This document shows, piece after piece, positions 1-9,886 of a DNA stretch of 64,000 nucleotides. The number at the start of each line of letters is the position of its first letter. Positions within the stretch are counted from its first letter, which is position 1. The notes beneath the pieces are model-generated. The model had not been told where the DNA came from. It worked only from the letters and a program-made list of their open reading frames with translations, and made no database searches. The stretch is from Spirochaetia bacterium (lineage in GTDB: Bacteria; Spirochaetota; Spirochaetia; DSM-2461), in NCBI GenBank assembly GCA_963668315.1, contig OY764216.1:96001-160000 (forward strand), read 5' to 3'. The position numbers and the translations under genes are program-made.

Positions 1-654
1 CAGACAAAAGCTCATAATCCGGGCGACACCCAGAATCCCCACGGCGACTCCGAGACCGGCGATAATAAGAATGGAGAAATTCAAATCATTCACAGCGGCG
101 ATAAAGGTAGTGTACATGCCCATCAGAAGAAGAAGAAAGGAACCGCTGACGCCGGGAATGATCATGGCCGCCGCACCCGCCGCTCCGGCCAGGAAAATAA
201 GCAGGCCCGATGAAGCGGTCAGAGTCCTGATCGGTTCACTCTCCCCCGGTTCGGCGGAAAGTCCCATAATAACAACAAGGACAAAGGCGGCGACGAAGGC
301 GATTACCCAGGAAACACGGATTTTCTTTCCGAAGTCCGCTTTCTTCCAGAGAAAGGGAACACCCCCAAGGATCAAACCGACAAAGGAATAAAGCGTCTGG
401 AACGGATAATTCTCGAAAAGGAATTCAATAAGATGGGCGAAAATGAGAATCCCGGCCCCGGCTCCGACAATGAGAACCGCCAGGAACTTCCAGGATTTGA
501 TAAAATGGGATATGGATTCCATCATCTCGTCATAAATACCCGTTACCACGGCAATCGTTCCGCCCGAGACTCCCGGAACCGTATTGGCCACACCGATCAG
601 GGCACCCTTTCCCAATAAACCGAAATATTGTTTCAATGACCTTTTTTCAGACAT
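1..654 (-). CDS. DUF368 family membrane protein (undecaprenyl-phosphate translocase family); 3' end runs off the window
   Basis: Read manually from ATG at 654: MSEKRSLKQYFGLLGKGALIGVANTVPGVSGGTIAVVTGIYDEM. A second repeat AMIIPGVSGS lies further in; both are DUF368 signatures. Not in the ORF track. Confidence 0.9.
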   Translation of the reverse strand, partial: MSEKRSLKQYFGLLGKGALIGVANTVPGVSGGTIAVVTGIYDEMMESISHFIKSWKFLAVLIVGAGAGILIFAHLIEFLFENYPFQTLYSFVGLILGGVPFLWKKADFGKKIRVSWVIAFVAAFVLVVIMGLSAEPGESEPIRTLTASSGLLIFLAGAAGAAAMIIPGVSGSFLLLLMGMYTTFIAAVNDLNFSILIIAGLGVAVGILGVARIMSFCL

Positions 655-755
655 GAATCATCCTTTTTTTATTATAGGAGATAAGTATAGCCCCTTTTCT
701 GCCAATAAACATCCCCCCGATTGATTTTTCCCTGAACCCACCCTATATTTCCCCT

Positions 756-1997
756 ATGGATGAGAAAAAATATTTCTTTGACTGCCACTGCCATACGATG
801 ACTCTTGCCCAGCCCAATATGGCCTCTTTTCTGGAGAATATTCTCCACAATGCCGCCCCGGATCTTCTCAGAAGCCTGGCGAGCGACATCAATTTCAATC
901 ACAATCAGGGGGCCCGGCAGAGCCTGAACAACATCATGAATCTGGCGGCGCTGGTTCAGAATGACCTGGACGGCATCTTCACAATCATGGAAGACGATCT
1001 CAAAGGAAAATTCGGGGGAGATCCCCTGGCCGACGATAAGGGGATTAACGTGGGGGGGCACCATTATGACGGCCTTATCATTACTCCACTCCTCATGGAT
1101 TTCAGGGCCCTTCCCGATGCCCCCAATTCCACCTACTATCCTCAGCCGAAGAAAGAGATACGCACGGCCATAAATGAATATGCCTATGCGATCAGAAAAT
1201 ACTACAAGACAAGGCCGAACGGCCTGCTCCAGATCTACCCCTTCCTGGGTATAAACACAAAGGCCTACTCCTACGCAGAAGTTGAAAAGCTGCTGGACGA
1301 GAGCTTCTCCCTGTATACGGGCAGTCTCTCCTCCATCAGAAGCAACAAACTGTACACCCTGGCGGCGGGAAAACTGGCGCCCTCCCGCATGTTCGGCGGA
1401 TTAAAGCTCTATCCTCCCATGGGATTCGATCCCTGGCCTGAGGAGGGAGAGGAGAGAAGGAAAGTCTGCCTCCTGTATGAATACGCCCAGCACAAACGCA
1501 TACCCATAACGGCTCACTGCAATGAGTCGGGATATATCACGGTGGATTACAAGACGGCCCATATCTATACTTCTCCGGACCGTTGGGTGCCGGTCCTGGA
1601 AAACTACCCCGAACTCATACTCAACCTGGCCCATATGGGATACCGGGAAAAATCTGTCCCCGAAATCCTGACCAGCAAACTGAGCGGCAGGAAAGAGAGC
1701 ACATGGACCGAAAAGATTCTCAGGCTCATAAGGGAATACCCCCACGTATACACGGATATCTCCTATGCGGGCGTGAAAATCGAGTTCTACCGGTTCCTTC
1801 ACAAACTCCTGCAGGAACAGGAACTGCACAGGAGGGAAATCGAGGATAAGATTCTTTTCGGGACGGACTTCATGATCAATCTGTCCAACATCCCCAGCTA
1901 CAGGGATTACTATGCCCTTTTTGACGATTCTCCCCTGACGGGGATACAAAAAAACCGGTTCGGATCAATTAATCCTCGCCGGTTTCTGAATATGTAA
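756..1997 (+). CDS. Amidohydrolase-family metal-dependent hydrolase
   Basis: Motifs DCHCH, GLKLYPPMGF, AHC, LAHMG, YTDISY, FGTDF. Confidence 0.85.
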   Translation: MDEKKYFFDCHCHTMTLAQPNMASFLENILHNAAPDLLRSLASDINFNHNQGARQSLNNIMNLAALVQNDLDGIFTIMEDDLKGKFGGDPLADDKGINVGGHHYDGLIITPLLMDFRALPDAPNSTYYPQPKKEIRTAINEYAYAIRKYYKTRPNGLLQIYPFLGINTKAYSYAEVEKLLDESFSLYTGSLSSIRSNKLYTLAAGKLAPSRMFGGLKLYPPMGFDPWPEEGEERRKVCLLYEYAQHKRIPITAHCNESGYITVDYKTAHIYTSPDRWVPVLENYPELILNLAHMGYREKSVPEILTSKLSGRKESTWTEKILRLIREYPHVYTDISYAGVKIEFYRFLHKLLQEQELHRREIEDKILFGTDFMINLSNIPSYRDYYALFDDSPLTGIQKNRFGSINPRRFLNM

Positions 1998-2007
1998 CAG
2001 GATAGTA

Positions 2008-2637
2008 TCAGCCGCCGCAGCAGCCGGAACCGCTGCCGCCGCAGCACTCGTGGTCTTCGCCGTGGGAATGGCCGCCGCAGCACTCATGGTCTTCCCCATG
2101 ATCGTGACCGCATCCGCAGCCATCACCTGCGCCGTGATCATGTCCGCAGCCGCATTCATGATCATGATGGTGATGCTCAGCGGAAAAACTCTCCCTGTCC
2201 TCGTCGGTGGTTTCCCTTACCTCAATGATTTTTAATTCAAAGGTAACGTCCATCCCGGAATAGGGGTGATTTCCGTCTACTGTCACTTCGTCATCGGTGA
2301 GTTCGGTAATAGCCACCAGAATGGGCTCGCCGTTGGTATCGTGAGTCTGAAACTCATCACCCACGGCAATATCACCGAGTTCGGCAAATTCCGAACGGGG
2401 CAGAGTCACAACAAGCTGTTCGTTTCTGGGGCCGAAGGCTTCAGCCATACTGAGCTCTACGGAGAACTCATCTCCCGCTTCCTGCCCTTCCAGCTCCTTT
2501 TCCAGAGCGTCGAGCATCATGCCCTCTCCATGTATATAAGCAATCTTACCGTCGCCGCTGGTAGACTCCAGCAGTTCCCTTTCTTTGTTAAACAAATCAT
2601 ATTCCAAAAAAACTGTCGTTCCCGATCCTATTTTCAT
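2008..2637 (-). CDS. slyD: FKBP-type peptidyl-prolyl isomerase SlyD with His/Cys-rich metal-binding tail
   Basis: LEKELEG...AFGPR...VTVDGNHPYSGMDVTF FKBP/IF pattern; C-terminal HHHHDHECGCGHDH...CCGG tail. Confidence 0.9.
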   Translation of the reverse strand: MKIGSGTTVFLEYDLFNKERELLESTSGDGKIAYIHGEGMMLDALEKELEGQEAGDEFSVELSMAEAFGPRNEQLVVTLPRSEFAELGDIAVGDEFQTHDTNGEPILVAITELTDDEVTVDGNHPYSGMDVTFELKIIEVRETTDEDRESFSAEHHHHDHECGCGHDHGAGDGCGCGHDHGEDHECCGGHSHGEDHECCGGSGSGCCGG

Positions 2638-2765
2638 CTATCCTCCGCTGCCGCGGGAAGCGGCAATTGTTAAGTAAGAAGATAAAGTTTTTTTTGGCAA
2701 CAGTAAAGGAAAAAAAATGGTAAATCCATATAAAAAGAATAATAATTAAGGAAGAGGTAAGAAAG

Positions 2766-4718
2766 ATGAATCTAAAAAAACAATTTGTATTAATTACAGG
2801 AATCCCTTCTATAGGTTTAATAATAATACTGGCTGTCGGTCTTTTCGGATTTTCCCGCATAAGGACCGGCATAAATGAGTTAACCAGCATCCAGACCGAT
2901 TACAGCACGATATCCAACGCGGACAGGGACGCCTACCAGGTTCTGGTAAGCGAAACCGGTGCGGTTGCCAGCACCACCAGAGAGGAACTGGAGCAGCAGA
3001 ACGGGGATAATCTGGAAAACCTGGACCAGGTATGGGACAGAATAGAGGGAATCAGCGCCGATTTCACAGGCGAAAGGCTCAGACTATTTAACGAATTCAC
3101 AAAGTTCTATGACGACTGGAAGTCCCATTCACGGGCTGTGCTTGATCAGTCGCTCAGGATTTTCGAAGATGAGATGGCCACGGTGCAGGCCGCCGAATCG
3201 GCCCAGGAGTTCTTCGATCTCATGAGGGAGAACATCGATCTTCTGGGAGAAGAAATCCGCCTTCTTCTGGATACGAACCTTACCCTCAGCCGGCGAAGAG
3301 CCGTGGAAGAGGCCCAGTCACTGATCCTTAACGGCGACAGGGATGCCTACCAGGCCTATGTCCTGCTTCTGAGAACACCCGAATCGCGAAGCCAGGAGGA
3401 ACTGGCCCAGTTCACCGCCGATGCCGAGGAAAATATCGGCCAGACCGGGGAAAGAGTTCTGCAGGCCGCCCGGATAGCAGGGCTGGAAACAGAGCAGGTG
3501 ACGCAGAATTTCCAGAGGTATTTTGATCTGTGGTCAGCGGAAAATGCAAAGTATTTCACTATCCACGGAGAGATTTTTGAGGACCAGACTATCCGCCGGG
3601 AGGAACAAAGACAGAGCGGAGAGAGCTTTGCGGCGATGAGAGGAATCATTGACCAGTTGGGAGAAGTCCAGAATCAGCTGGCCCGCAATACGGTGGACTC
3701 CCTCATGCTCAGCATGAACAGGATAACCCTTCTCTACATCATAGTCACGGTTCTGGCAACCACACTGGCCGTTTCCATATCCATGTACATTTCCCAAAGT
3801 ATTCTCACATCCATACGCCATAATATCGAGTGGGCGGAAACCATAAAGAATGGCGACTTGTCCCAGAATATTCATTCCAGCAGAAAGGACGAACTGGGGG
3901 ATCTGTCACGGGTATTTGCCTCGATGAACGAAAAGCTGGCCGGAGTTCTGCGTTCGGTAAGGGAATCCTCGGCCCACGTGGCGGGGGGCAGCCAGCAGCT
4001 GTCATCAAGCGCCCAGCAGCTTTCTTCGGGGGCGACAGAGCAGGCCTCATCAACGGAAGAAGTATCTTCCACCATGGAAGAGATGTCCGCCGGAATGGCC
4101 CACAGCAACGATAATTCCCAGAAGGCGCGGGAATTCGCCCGGAGCGTATCCTCCAAGGCGATGGAGAGCGGTAAGGCGGTCAAGCAGACCGTATCGGCCA
4201 TGGATGAAATAGCCGAAAAAATCAATGTCATCAGCGAGATTGCACGGCAGACAAACATGCTGGCCCTGAATGCCGCCATTGAAGCGGCCCGCGCGGGGGA
4301 AGCGGGAAAGGGATTTGCCGTGGTTGCGGCGGAAGTCAAAAAACTGGCGGAGGTTTCGGGCGATTCAGCCATATCGATTACCGACCTGACCCGCGATTCT
4401 CTCAGCGTGGCCAGCCGGGCGGGAGAGCTGATAGACACCCTTGTGGAAGAGATCGGCATGACCTCCGAACTGGTGGAAGAGATATCCGAAGCCAGCCGGG
4501 AACAGACCACCGGCATGGAACAGGTCAATACGGCGATCCTCCAGCTTGATAAAATAACCCAGCAGAATGCCGCCGCTTCGGAAGAGATTGCCTCCACCTC
4601 GGAAGAGCTTAACTCACAGGCCCAGTTCCTGTCCAATGAGATCGCCTACTTTACCATAGACAGGGGACAGGTGGCGGACAATAAAATGGAATACCTTCCC
4701 TATCCGGAAGAAGAATAA
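2766..4718 (+). CDS. Methyl-accepting chemotaxis protein with tandem helical-bundle periplasmic sensor
   Basis: Two TM helices, HAMP (DELGDL), signalling hairpin IARQTNMLALNAAIEAARAGEAGKGFAVVAAEVKKLA. Confidence 0.95.
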   Translation: MNLKKQFVLITGIPSIGLIIILAVGLFGFSRIRTGINELTSIQTDYSTISNADRDAYQVLVSETGAVASTTREELEQQNGDNLENLDQVWDRIEGISADFTGERLRLFNEFTKFYDDWKSHSRAVLDQSLRIFEDEMATVQAAESAQEFFDLMRENIDLLGEEIRLLLDTNLTLSRRRAVEEAQSLILNGDRDAYQAYVLLLRTPESRSQEELAQFTADAEENIGQTGERVLQAARIAGLETEQVTQNFQRYFDLWSAENAKYFTIHGEIFEDQTIRREEQRQSGESFAAMRGIIDQLGEVQNQLARNTVDSLMLSMNRITLLYIIVTVLATTLAVSISMYISQSILTSIRHNIEWAETIKNGDLSQNIHSSRKDELGDLSRVFASMNEKLAGVLRSVRESSAHVAGGSQQLSSSAQQLSSGATEQASSTEEVSSTMEEMSAGMAHSNDNSQKAREFARSVSSKAMESGKAVKQTVSAMDEIAEKINVISEIARQTNMLALNAAIEAARAGEAGKGFAVVAAEVKKLAEVSGDSAISITDLTRDSLSVASRAGELIDTLVEEIGMTSELVEEISEASREQTTGMEQVNTAILQLDKITQQNAAASEEIASTSEELNSQAQFLSNEIAYFTIDRGQVADNKMEYLPYPEEE

Positions 4719-4733
4719 AAGGAGTCTGAAGCA

Positions 4734-5603
4734 TTGATACCAAAAGCGCCATTTGGAAGAACGGGACATGAGAGCAGCCGGGTACTCTTCGGAGGGGCCG
4801 CTCTGGCCGAAGAGAACCAGGCCGATTCGGATAAAACCCTGGAACTGCTGTTTGAGTATGGAATAAACCATATTGATACGGCGGCCAGTTACGGCGAGGC
4901 GGAACTGAGGATCGGCCCGTGGATGGCCAGGTACAGGGATAAATTCTTTCTGGCCACCAAGACGGAAAAGAGAACCTACAAGGGAGCCTGGGAAGAACTG
5001 GAAAATTCCCGACGCAGGCTACAGTCCGATGTGATTGATCTGTGGCAGATGCATGTTCTGGTGGATGAAGAGGGATGGCAGACCGCCATGGGACCGGACG
5101 GGGCTCTCAAGGCTTTTATGGAAGCAAGGGAGAAGGGATATGTCCGCTTCCTGGGAGTGACGGGACACGGAGTCCAGGCTCCCGATTATCATCTCCGCAG
5201 CCTGGAGAAGTATGACTTTGATGCGGTCCTCCTCCCCTGGAACTACTCCATGTCCCTTAATGAAGAGTACAGGAAGCGGTTTGACGATCTGGCCGGACTG
5301 TGCCGTGAAAAGGAGATAGCCCTCCAGACGATAAAGAGCCTATGCCGCCGTCCCTGGCCTGAGGGTGTCAAAACCCGAAAAACATGGTATGAACCTCTCG
5401 AGGACAAAGATGATATCGCTCTGGCCGTTTCCTATATTCTGGGAAACAGTCAGATGTTTCTCAACTCCGTGGGAGATATACGGATACTGCCCCTCGTTCT
5501 GAAAGGGGCTGAAGCTTTCGGAAAGGGAGTAATATCCCCTCCGGACGGGGACAGAATGAAGCAGCTGGCGGCGGCACGGGACATGGAACCTCTGTTTCGT
5601 TAA
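4734..5603 (+). CDS. Aldo/keto reductase
   Basis: FGRTG, GINHIDTAASYG, FLATK, IDLWQMH, GVTGH; TTG start with AGGAG upstream. Confidence 0.9.
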   Translation: MIPKAPFGRTGHESSRVLFGGAALAEENQADSDKTLELLFEYGINHIDTAASYGEAELRIGPWMARYRDKFFLATKTEKRTYKGAWEELENSRRRLQSDVIDLWQMHVLVDEEGWQTAMGPDGALKAFMEAREKGYVRFLGVTGHGVQAPDYHLRSLEKYDFDAVLLPWNYSMSLNEEYRKRFDDLAGLCREKEIALQTIKSLCRRPWPEGVKTRKTWYEPLEDKDDIALAVSYILGNSQMFLNSVGDIRILPLVLKGAEAFGKGVISPPDGDRMKQLAAARDMEPLFR

Positions 5604-5635
5604 AATGGAAGGGGACTCAGACTAATTACAAGGAA

Positions 5636-6310
5636 ATGGATATGAAAAAGGGAATAATATTTCTTCTTCTGCTCTGCCTGGTCATGGCGGGGCTGTTCGG
5701 CTTTGATGAATCGGTTTTAAACCGCATCACATTTATCAACAGGACGGGTGTGGATATCTGGTATATATTCCTCTCCCCGGGGGACAGCAGCGAATGGGGC
5801 CTGGATATACTCGGTTCGGAACGGATGCTCTCGGACAACAACCTTTTAAGCTTCTATATTTCCTACCCGGATTATGAAAACTATTTCGACATCATGGCCA
5901 TAGACAGCGAGGGGAATGCTTTTATCCTTTACGATGAGCTTATCTCCGACGACGGAGAATCGGATATCATCATCAGGGAAGGAGACCTGAACGAGGATTA
6001 CGGAACCATGAATTTCGTGGAAGTGGCCTTTACCAACGACACGGACTATGAGATGTATTACACCTTTGTCTCTCCCAGCGACTCGGAGATGTGGGGTGTG
6101 GATATGATGGATGACGAACAGACTCTTCCGCCCGGAGAAACCCTTTATCTCCTGGCGCCCTATGGAGATGAGGTATCGTCCTACGATGTAATGGCCGTGG
6201 ATACCGATCTGGACGAATACCAGTTCTCCTTTGATATCGATCCTTCTGATCTGGAGCCGGATGAAACACTGAGCTATCTCATCGAGTACAGCGATCTTAT
6301 TACGGAATAG
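5636..6310 (+). CDS. Secreted acidic hypothetical protein with two tandem ~100-aa domains
   Basis: Signal peptide MKKGIIFLLLLCLVMAGLFG; internal repeat FINRTG..IFLSPGDSSEWG / FTNDTD..TFVSPSDSEMWG. Confidence 0.75.
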   Translation: MDMKKGIIFLLLLCLVMAGLFGFDESVLNRITFINRTGVDIWYIFLSPGDSSEWGLDILGSERMLSDNNLLSFYISYPDYENYFDIMAIDSEGNAFILYDELISDDGESDIIIREGDLNEDYGTMNFVEVAFTNDTDYEMYYTFVSPSDSEMWGVDMMDDEQTLPPGETLYLLAPYGDEVSSYDVMAVDTDLDEYQFSFDIDPSDLEPDETLSYLIEYSDLITE

Positions 6311-6321
6311 ACCGGAAGATT

Positions 6322-6768
6322 CTACTCGCCCTGGATCTGAAACCAGAGTTTCCTCTGCCGGGGACCTGTGTCGCACTCCACAAGGAAGATATTCTGCCAG
6401 GGGCCGAGCATGACCTCTCCCCCCAGCACGGGGAGGGAGAGAGAATGATTCAGCAGAAGAGACCTCAGGTGGCTGGAACCGTTATCGTCATGCCAGGTTT
6501 CATGATGCCTGTAGGGCGTCCCGTCGGAGAATCCCGGTCCGTAGGGAATACCCAGGGACTTCTCAAAAAGATAGTTCAGATCATGGGTCATGATCCCCGG
6601 TTCGTCCTCGGTCACGATCAGAGCCGCCACGCAGCCGGCGACAAATACCATGACATACCCCTCTTCTATCCCGCTCTTTCCGACAAAATCACGGATATGA
6701 TCGTCAAGCAGAATGCTGTCCATGCGGCCCTTCAGTTCATAGGTCCGGCTCTTTGTATATACGGCCAT
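6322..6768 (-). CDS. yjbQ: YjbQ/UPF0047 family protein
   Basis: YRHHETWHDDNGSSHLRS...LGPWQNIFLVECD. Start reassigned to MAVYTKS (AGGAG SD upstream); the track's N-terminal extension overlaps the MFS gene. Confidence 0.85.
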   Translation of the reverse strand: MAVYTKSRTYELKGRMDSILLDDHIRDFVGKSGIEEGYVMVFVAGCVAALIVTEDEPGIMTHDLNYLFEKSLGIPYGPGFSDGTPYRHHETWHDDNGSSHLRSLLLNHSLSLPVLGGEVMLGPWQNIFLVECDTGPRQRKLWFQIQGE

Positions 6769-6779
6769 CGGCACACTCC

Positions 6780-7982
6780 TCAGGTTTGGGTTTCTATTCT
6801 CCGCCGGGAAAGGGAACTTCCCCAGAGGAACAGGCACAGGACCGCCACGGCAAGGGCCATGATGCCGTATGCCAGAGATCGGCGGCCCCAGGGCAAAGCG
6901 ATAAGCTGCATCCCCGCGCTTCCCAGTATGGTATAGGTGAAATTGATTAATGCGGAAACGGCTCCCGATTCGGAGCCCCCGACATTCATGAGAATATCCA
7001 TGCTCAAAGGTCTCTGCAGGGCGGCGGCCATGGTTCCCGGAATGACAGCGAGGCAGAAGAAGAGCGGTCCCGTCCGGCTGAAAAGAATAAGGACTATCCC
7101 GCTGAAGGCCAGCAGAATAAAGGTGGACGTGATAAGGACGGACGGGGAGATTTTTCTGGACAGTCTGATATAGAGGGCGGCTCCCAGAACGGCACACAGG
7201 GCATTCGTCCCGAAGAAGAAGCTGAATACGGAAGGAGTGACATGATACTCCCTTATGTAGATGAGCGATGAGCCCCCCACAAAGCCCAGGGAATAGAAAG
7301 CGGGCAGGGAAAACAGGATGAGCAGCCCCATAAAGGAGGGCCGGACCGACACGCGGAAGATCCCGCCGATAGCAGAGAGAACCGATAAATCATTCCGTAA
7401 ATTCCGATTGGTCTCGGGCAGGCGCAAACAGCCCAGCAGGGAAAATCCCCCGAGGGCAGTCAGAACGATGAAGACAAGTCTCCAGTGGAAGTGCCCGATG
7501 ATCAGAGCTCCCAGGAGGGGGGCGCAGACCGGTGCCAGCATCATGAGGGCGGTAAGAACACTGAGGATTTTTTTCTTCCTGTCACCCTCGTAGACATCCT
7601 GAACAATGGCCAGGGAGACCGTAACGGGAGCCCCGGAACCGACGGCCTGAAAAATCCGGGCCGCGATTAGCGTTTCCACCCGGGCGGCAAACAGACAGAC
7701 CAGACTGGCCGATGTAAATATAACAATTCCCGTGACAGCCGATCTTTTCCGGCCGTATTTATCGGAGACAGGTCCCCAGAAAAGAGTGGAAAGGGCGAAG
7801 AAGATAAAGAAAAGAACAATGGTCAGGTTCATAGTCGTATCGTTCGTCTGAAGCTCTTCGGCGATTCCCGTCAATGCCGGAAGGTACATATCCGTAGCAA
7901 GGGGCGGATAGATCCCCATTAGGATAAGCAGCAGGGGAAGAAAGACCCCCCGTCTCATTTTCTCGAAATCCCCATCAGTCAT
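6780..7982 (-). CDS. Bcr/CflA family MFS efflux transporter
   Basis: PLATDMYLPAL, GPVSDKYGRK, ARIFQAVG; about 12 TM segments. Confidence 0.9.
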   Translation of the reverse strand: MTDGDFEKMRRGVFLPLLLILMGIYPPLATDMYLPALTGIAEELQTNDTTMNLTIVLFFIFFALSTLFWGPVSDKYGRKRSAVTGIVIFTSASLVCLFAARVETLIAARIFQAVGSGAPVTVSLAIVQDVYEGDRKKKILSVLTALMMLAPVCAPLLGALIIGHFHWRLVFIVLTALGGFSLLGCLRLPETNRNLRNDLSVLSAIGGIFRVSVRPSFMGLLILFSLPAFYSLGFVGGSSLIYIREYHVTPSVFSFFFGTNALCAVLGAALYIRLSRKISPSVLITSTFILLAFSGIVLILFSRTGPLFFCLAVIPGTMAAALQRPLSMDILMNVGGSESGAVSALINFTYTILGSAGMQLIALPWGRRSLAYGIMALAVAVLCLFLWGSSLSRRRIETQT

Positions 7983-8125
7983 AATCGTCCTACCCCTTTA
8001 ATGAATATTTTCATTCTCCCCACCCTGTTTCTTTTGTCAATATACCCCCTGCCCCCTACCGGTTGCCAAGAGGCCCGGGAAAGGGTATTTTCTGATATAG
8101 ATCAGAATAGGCAAGCGTGGTGCAT

Positions 8126-8758
8126 ATGGATATTTTTCTACAGATCTGGGGAGGAGGCTGTTACCTCATCAACAAAATCTGCTTCTCCCTGGGAGAGGGC
8201 CGACAGGGGAAAGGTTCACGCCGTCTCCTAACGGCGGGATGGCTTTTCTACCTTTCCGGAGTCCCCGCCTGGGTTATCATACTTATGGAAAAACACGACT
8301 GGATCGCCGCCTCCATCGAAGCGGGTGGCATCCCATCCATGATACTCGGGCTTGCCAATACCCTCCGCTCGGGACAGGAGGTGAACCGGCGATTCCAAAG
8401 AGCCACGACCCTTATCACCTATGCCTTTATCATAATCGGTCTGAGTTCCAGCTTTGCCGACTACGGCGGACTGGTCTCCTTTCATCAGCTCCTGGAAGTC
8501 TTTGTCACCATCGGGTTCCTCATGGGCAGCCTTCTCATGGCGGCGCAGAAAAAATCGGGCTGGCTCTTCTTCCTTATTATGAACATTTCCATGGGCATAC
8601 TCATGCTTCAGCAGGGCAAACCTTTTCTGGCCGTTCAGCAGCTCATCTCCCTCGGGTTCGTCCTTTACGGATTTCTCCAGTCAGTCGGAGGTCTTCCGCA
8701 TCCTCACAAGGGTCAGTCCGAAAAATCCGGCTACGGCCAGACTGATCAAGGCGCTTGA
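8126..8758 (+). CDS. Small multi-pass membrane protein, PnuC-like (two similar halves)
   Basis: Hydrophobic; internal repeat GWLFYLSG..ILM / GWLFFLIM..LML; ATG at 8126 (GTG at 8117 is an alternative). Confidence 0.55.
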   Translation: MDIFLQIWGGGCYLINKICFSLGEGRQGKGSRRLLTAGWLFYLSGVPAWVIILMEKHDWIAASIEAGGIPSMILGLANTLRSGQEVNRRFQRATTLITYAFIIIGLSSSFADYGGLVSFHQLLEVFVTIGFLMGSLLMAAQKKSGWLFFLIMNISMGILMLQQGKPFLAVQQLISLGFVLYGFLQSVGGLPHPHKGQSEKSGYGQTDQGA

Positions 8759-9826
8759 CCGGAACATAAAAAGGACGCCGCAGTTCTCGATAAGCGCGCC
8801 GCCCGTCATATTTCCGATAATGCCGCTCAATCCCGAGTAGGTAGCCGTTCCCAGAAGAAAGGCCGTCGCCTTGCAGGAGGGGTCGGCCATGGAATCCACG
8901 TAAACAAGGCTGGATATGACAAACAGACTGTAGGCGGCGCCCTGGAAAACCTGGGAAATAAGAACCGTCGCCGGGGCGGGAAAAAGGGAGCATAGAATAA
9001 GACGGACAGAGAACAGGCTGAATGCCGTCAGGATGACCAGAGGAGGGGGTATCCTTTTGACTATCCGGTTACCCAGGTAAAAAAAGGGGACCTCAGACAG
9101 GGCGCTTATGGCCATGGCCAGTCCGTATATCCCCGCGTTTCCCCGGACAAACTCGATGTATTTGGGCAGAAAACCGAGGGTGGGCATAATCGTCATGAAA
9201 ACCAGGGCGGCCGAGATGATAAAGATGAAATATTTCCCGTTTGTCACCAGCTGTCCCACATGATAAAAAAAGGAAGCGGTTCCCTCCTTATGCTCGGGAA
9301 CGACATCGGGGACCCGGAGCATAAGGGTCATGGTTATCAGGCTCAAGACAGAGAAGAGCCGGAAGGGCAGATTGATATTCCCCTCACTCACAAGTTTTCC
9401 CAGAATAGCCACCATGACGGCGAAGCTGATGGAGCCCCAGAGCCTGGTCGCGCCGAAGGTGATATCCGTTCTGTCCTTGAGAGACCGGGACATCCAGTTA
9501 TCCATCAGGTTCATCAGGGGACCGATAAAAAAGGTTATGACCGGAAACATGACGGACAGAATCCAGGTCTTTTCTATAAAGGTCACAAGAAAAATCAGGA
9601 TAAGTGAGATTCCCAGGCAGAACATGAAGACCTTTCTGACGGAACCGACCCTGTCGCTGATGACTCCCCAGAAGGGCTGGGAAAAAACCATAATCGCCGA
9701 ATTGGTCGCGAGGATAATGCCTATATGAATAACATCCACATCCCGGTTCATCAGGTAGAGCGTCACATAGGGCTGATAACAGGCATGGTGAGCGTAGAAA
9801 AGCAGCTGTATGAGCGAGTAAATCAT
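8681..9826 (-). CDS. MFS transporter (HcaT/LacY-like)
   Basis: QPFWGVISDRVG, FGATRLWGSISF, SALSEVPFF; 12-TM pattern. Confidence 0.85.
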   Translation of the reverse strand: MIYSLIQLLFYAHHACYQPYVTLYLMNRDVDVIHIGIILATNSAIMVFSQPFWGVISDRVGSVRKVFMFCLGISLILIFLVTFIEKTWILSVMFPVITFFIGPLMNLMDNWMSRSLKDRTDITFGATRLWGSISFAVMVAILGKLVSEGNINLPFRLFSVLSLITMTLMLRVPDVVPEHKEGTASFFYHVGQLVTNGKYFIFIISAALVFMTIMPTLGFLPKYIEFVRGNAGIYGLAMAISALSEVPFFYLGNRIVKRIPPPLVILTAFSLFSVRLILCSLFPAPATVLISQVFQGAAYSLFVISSLVYVDSMADPSCKATAFLLGTATYSGLSGIIGNMTGGALIENCGVLFMFRSSALISLAVAGFFGLTLVRMRKTSD

Positions 9827-9886
9827 AATACCTTCCTATTCACCGGCGGGGAGCTCTACAGGGAACTTGCGGAGTAAACCGCCGGA

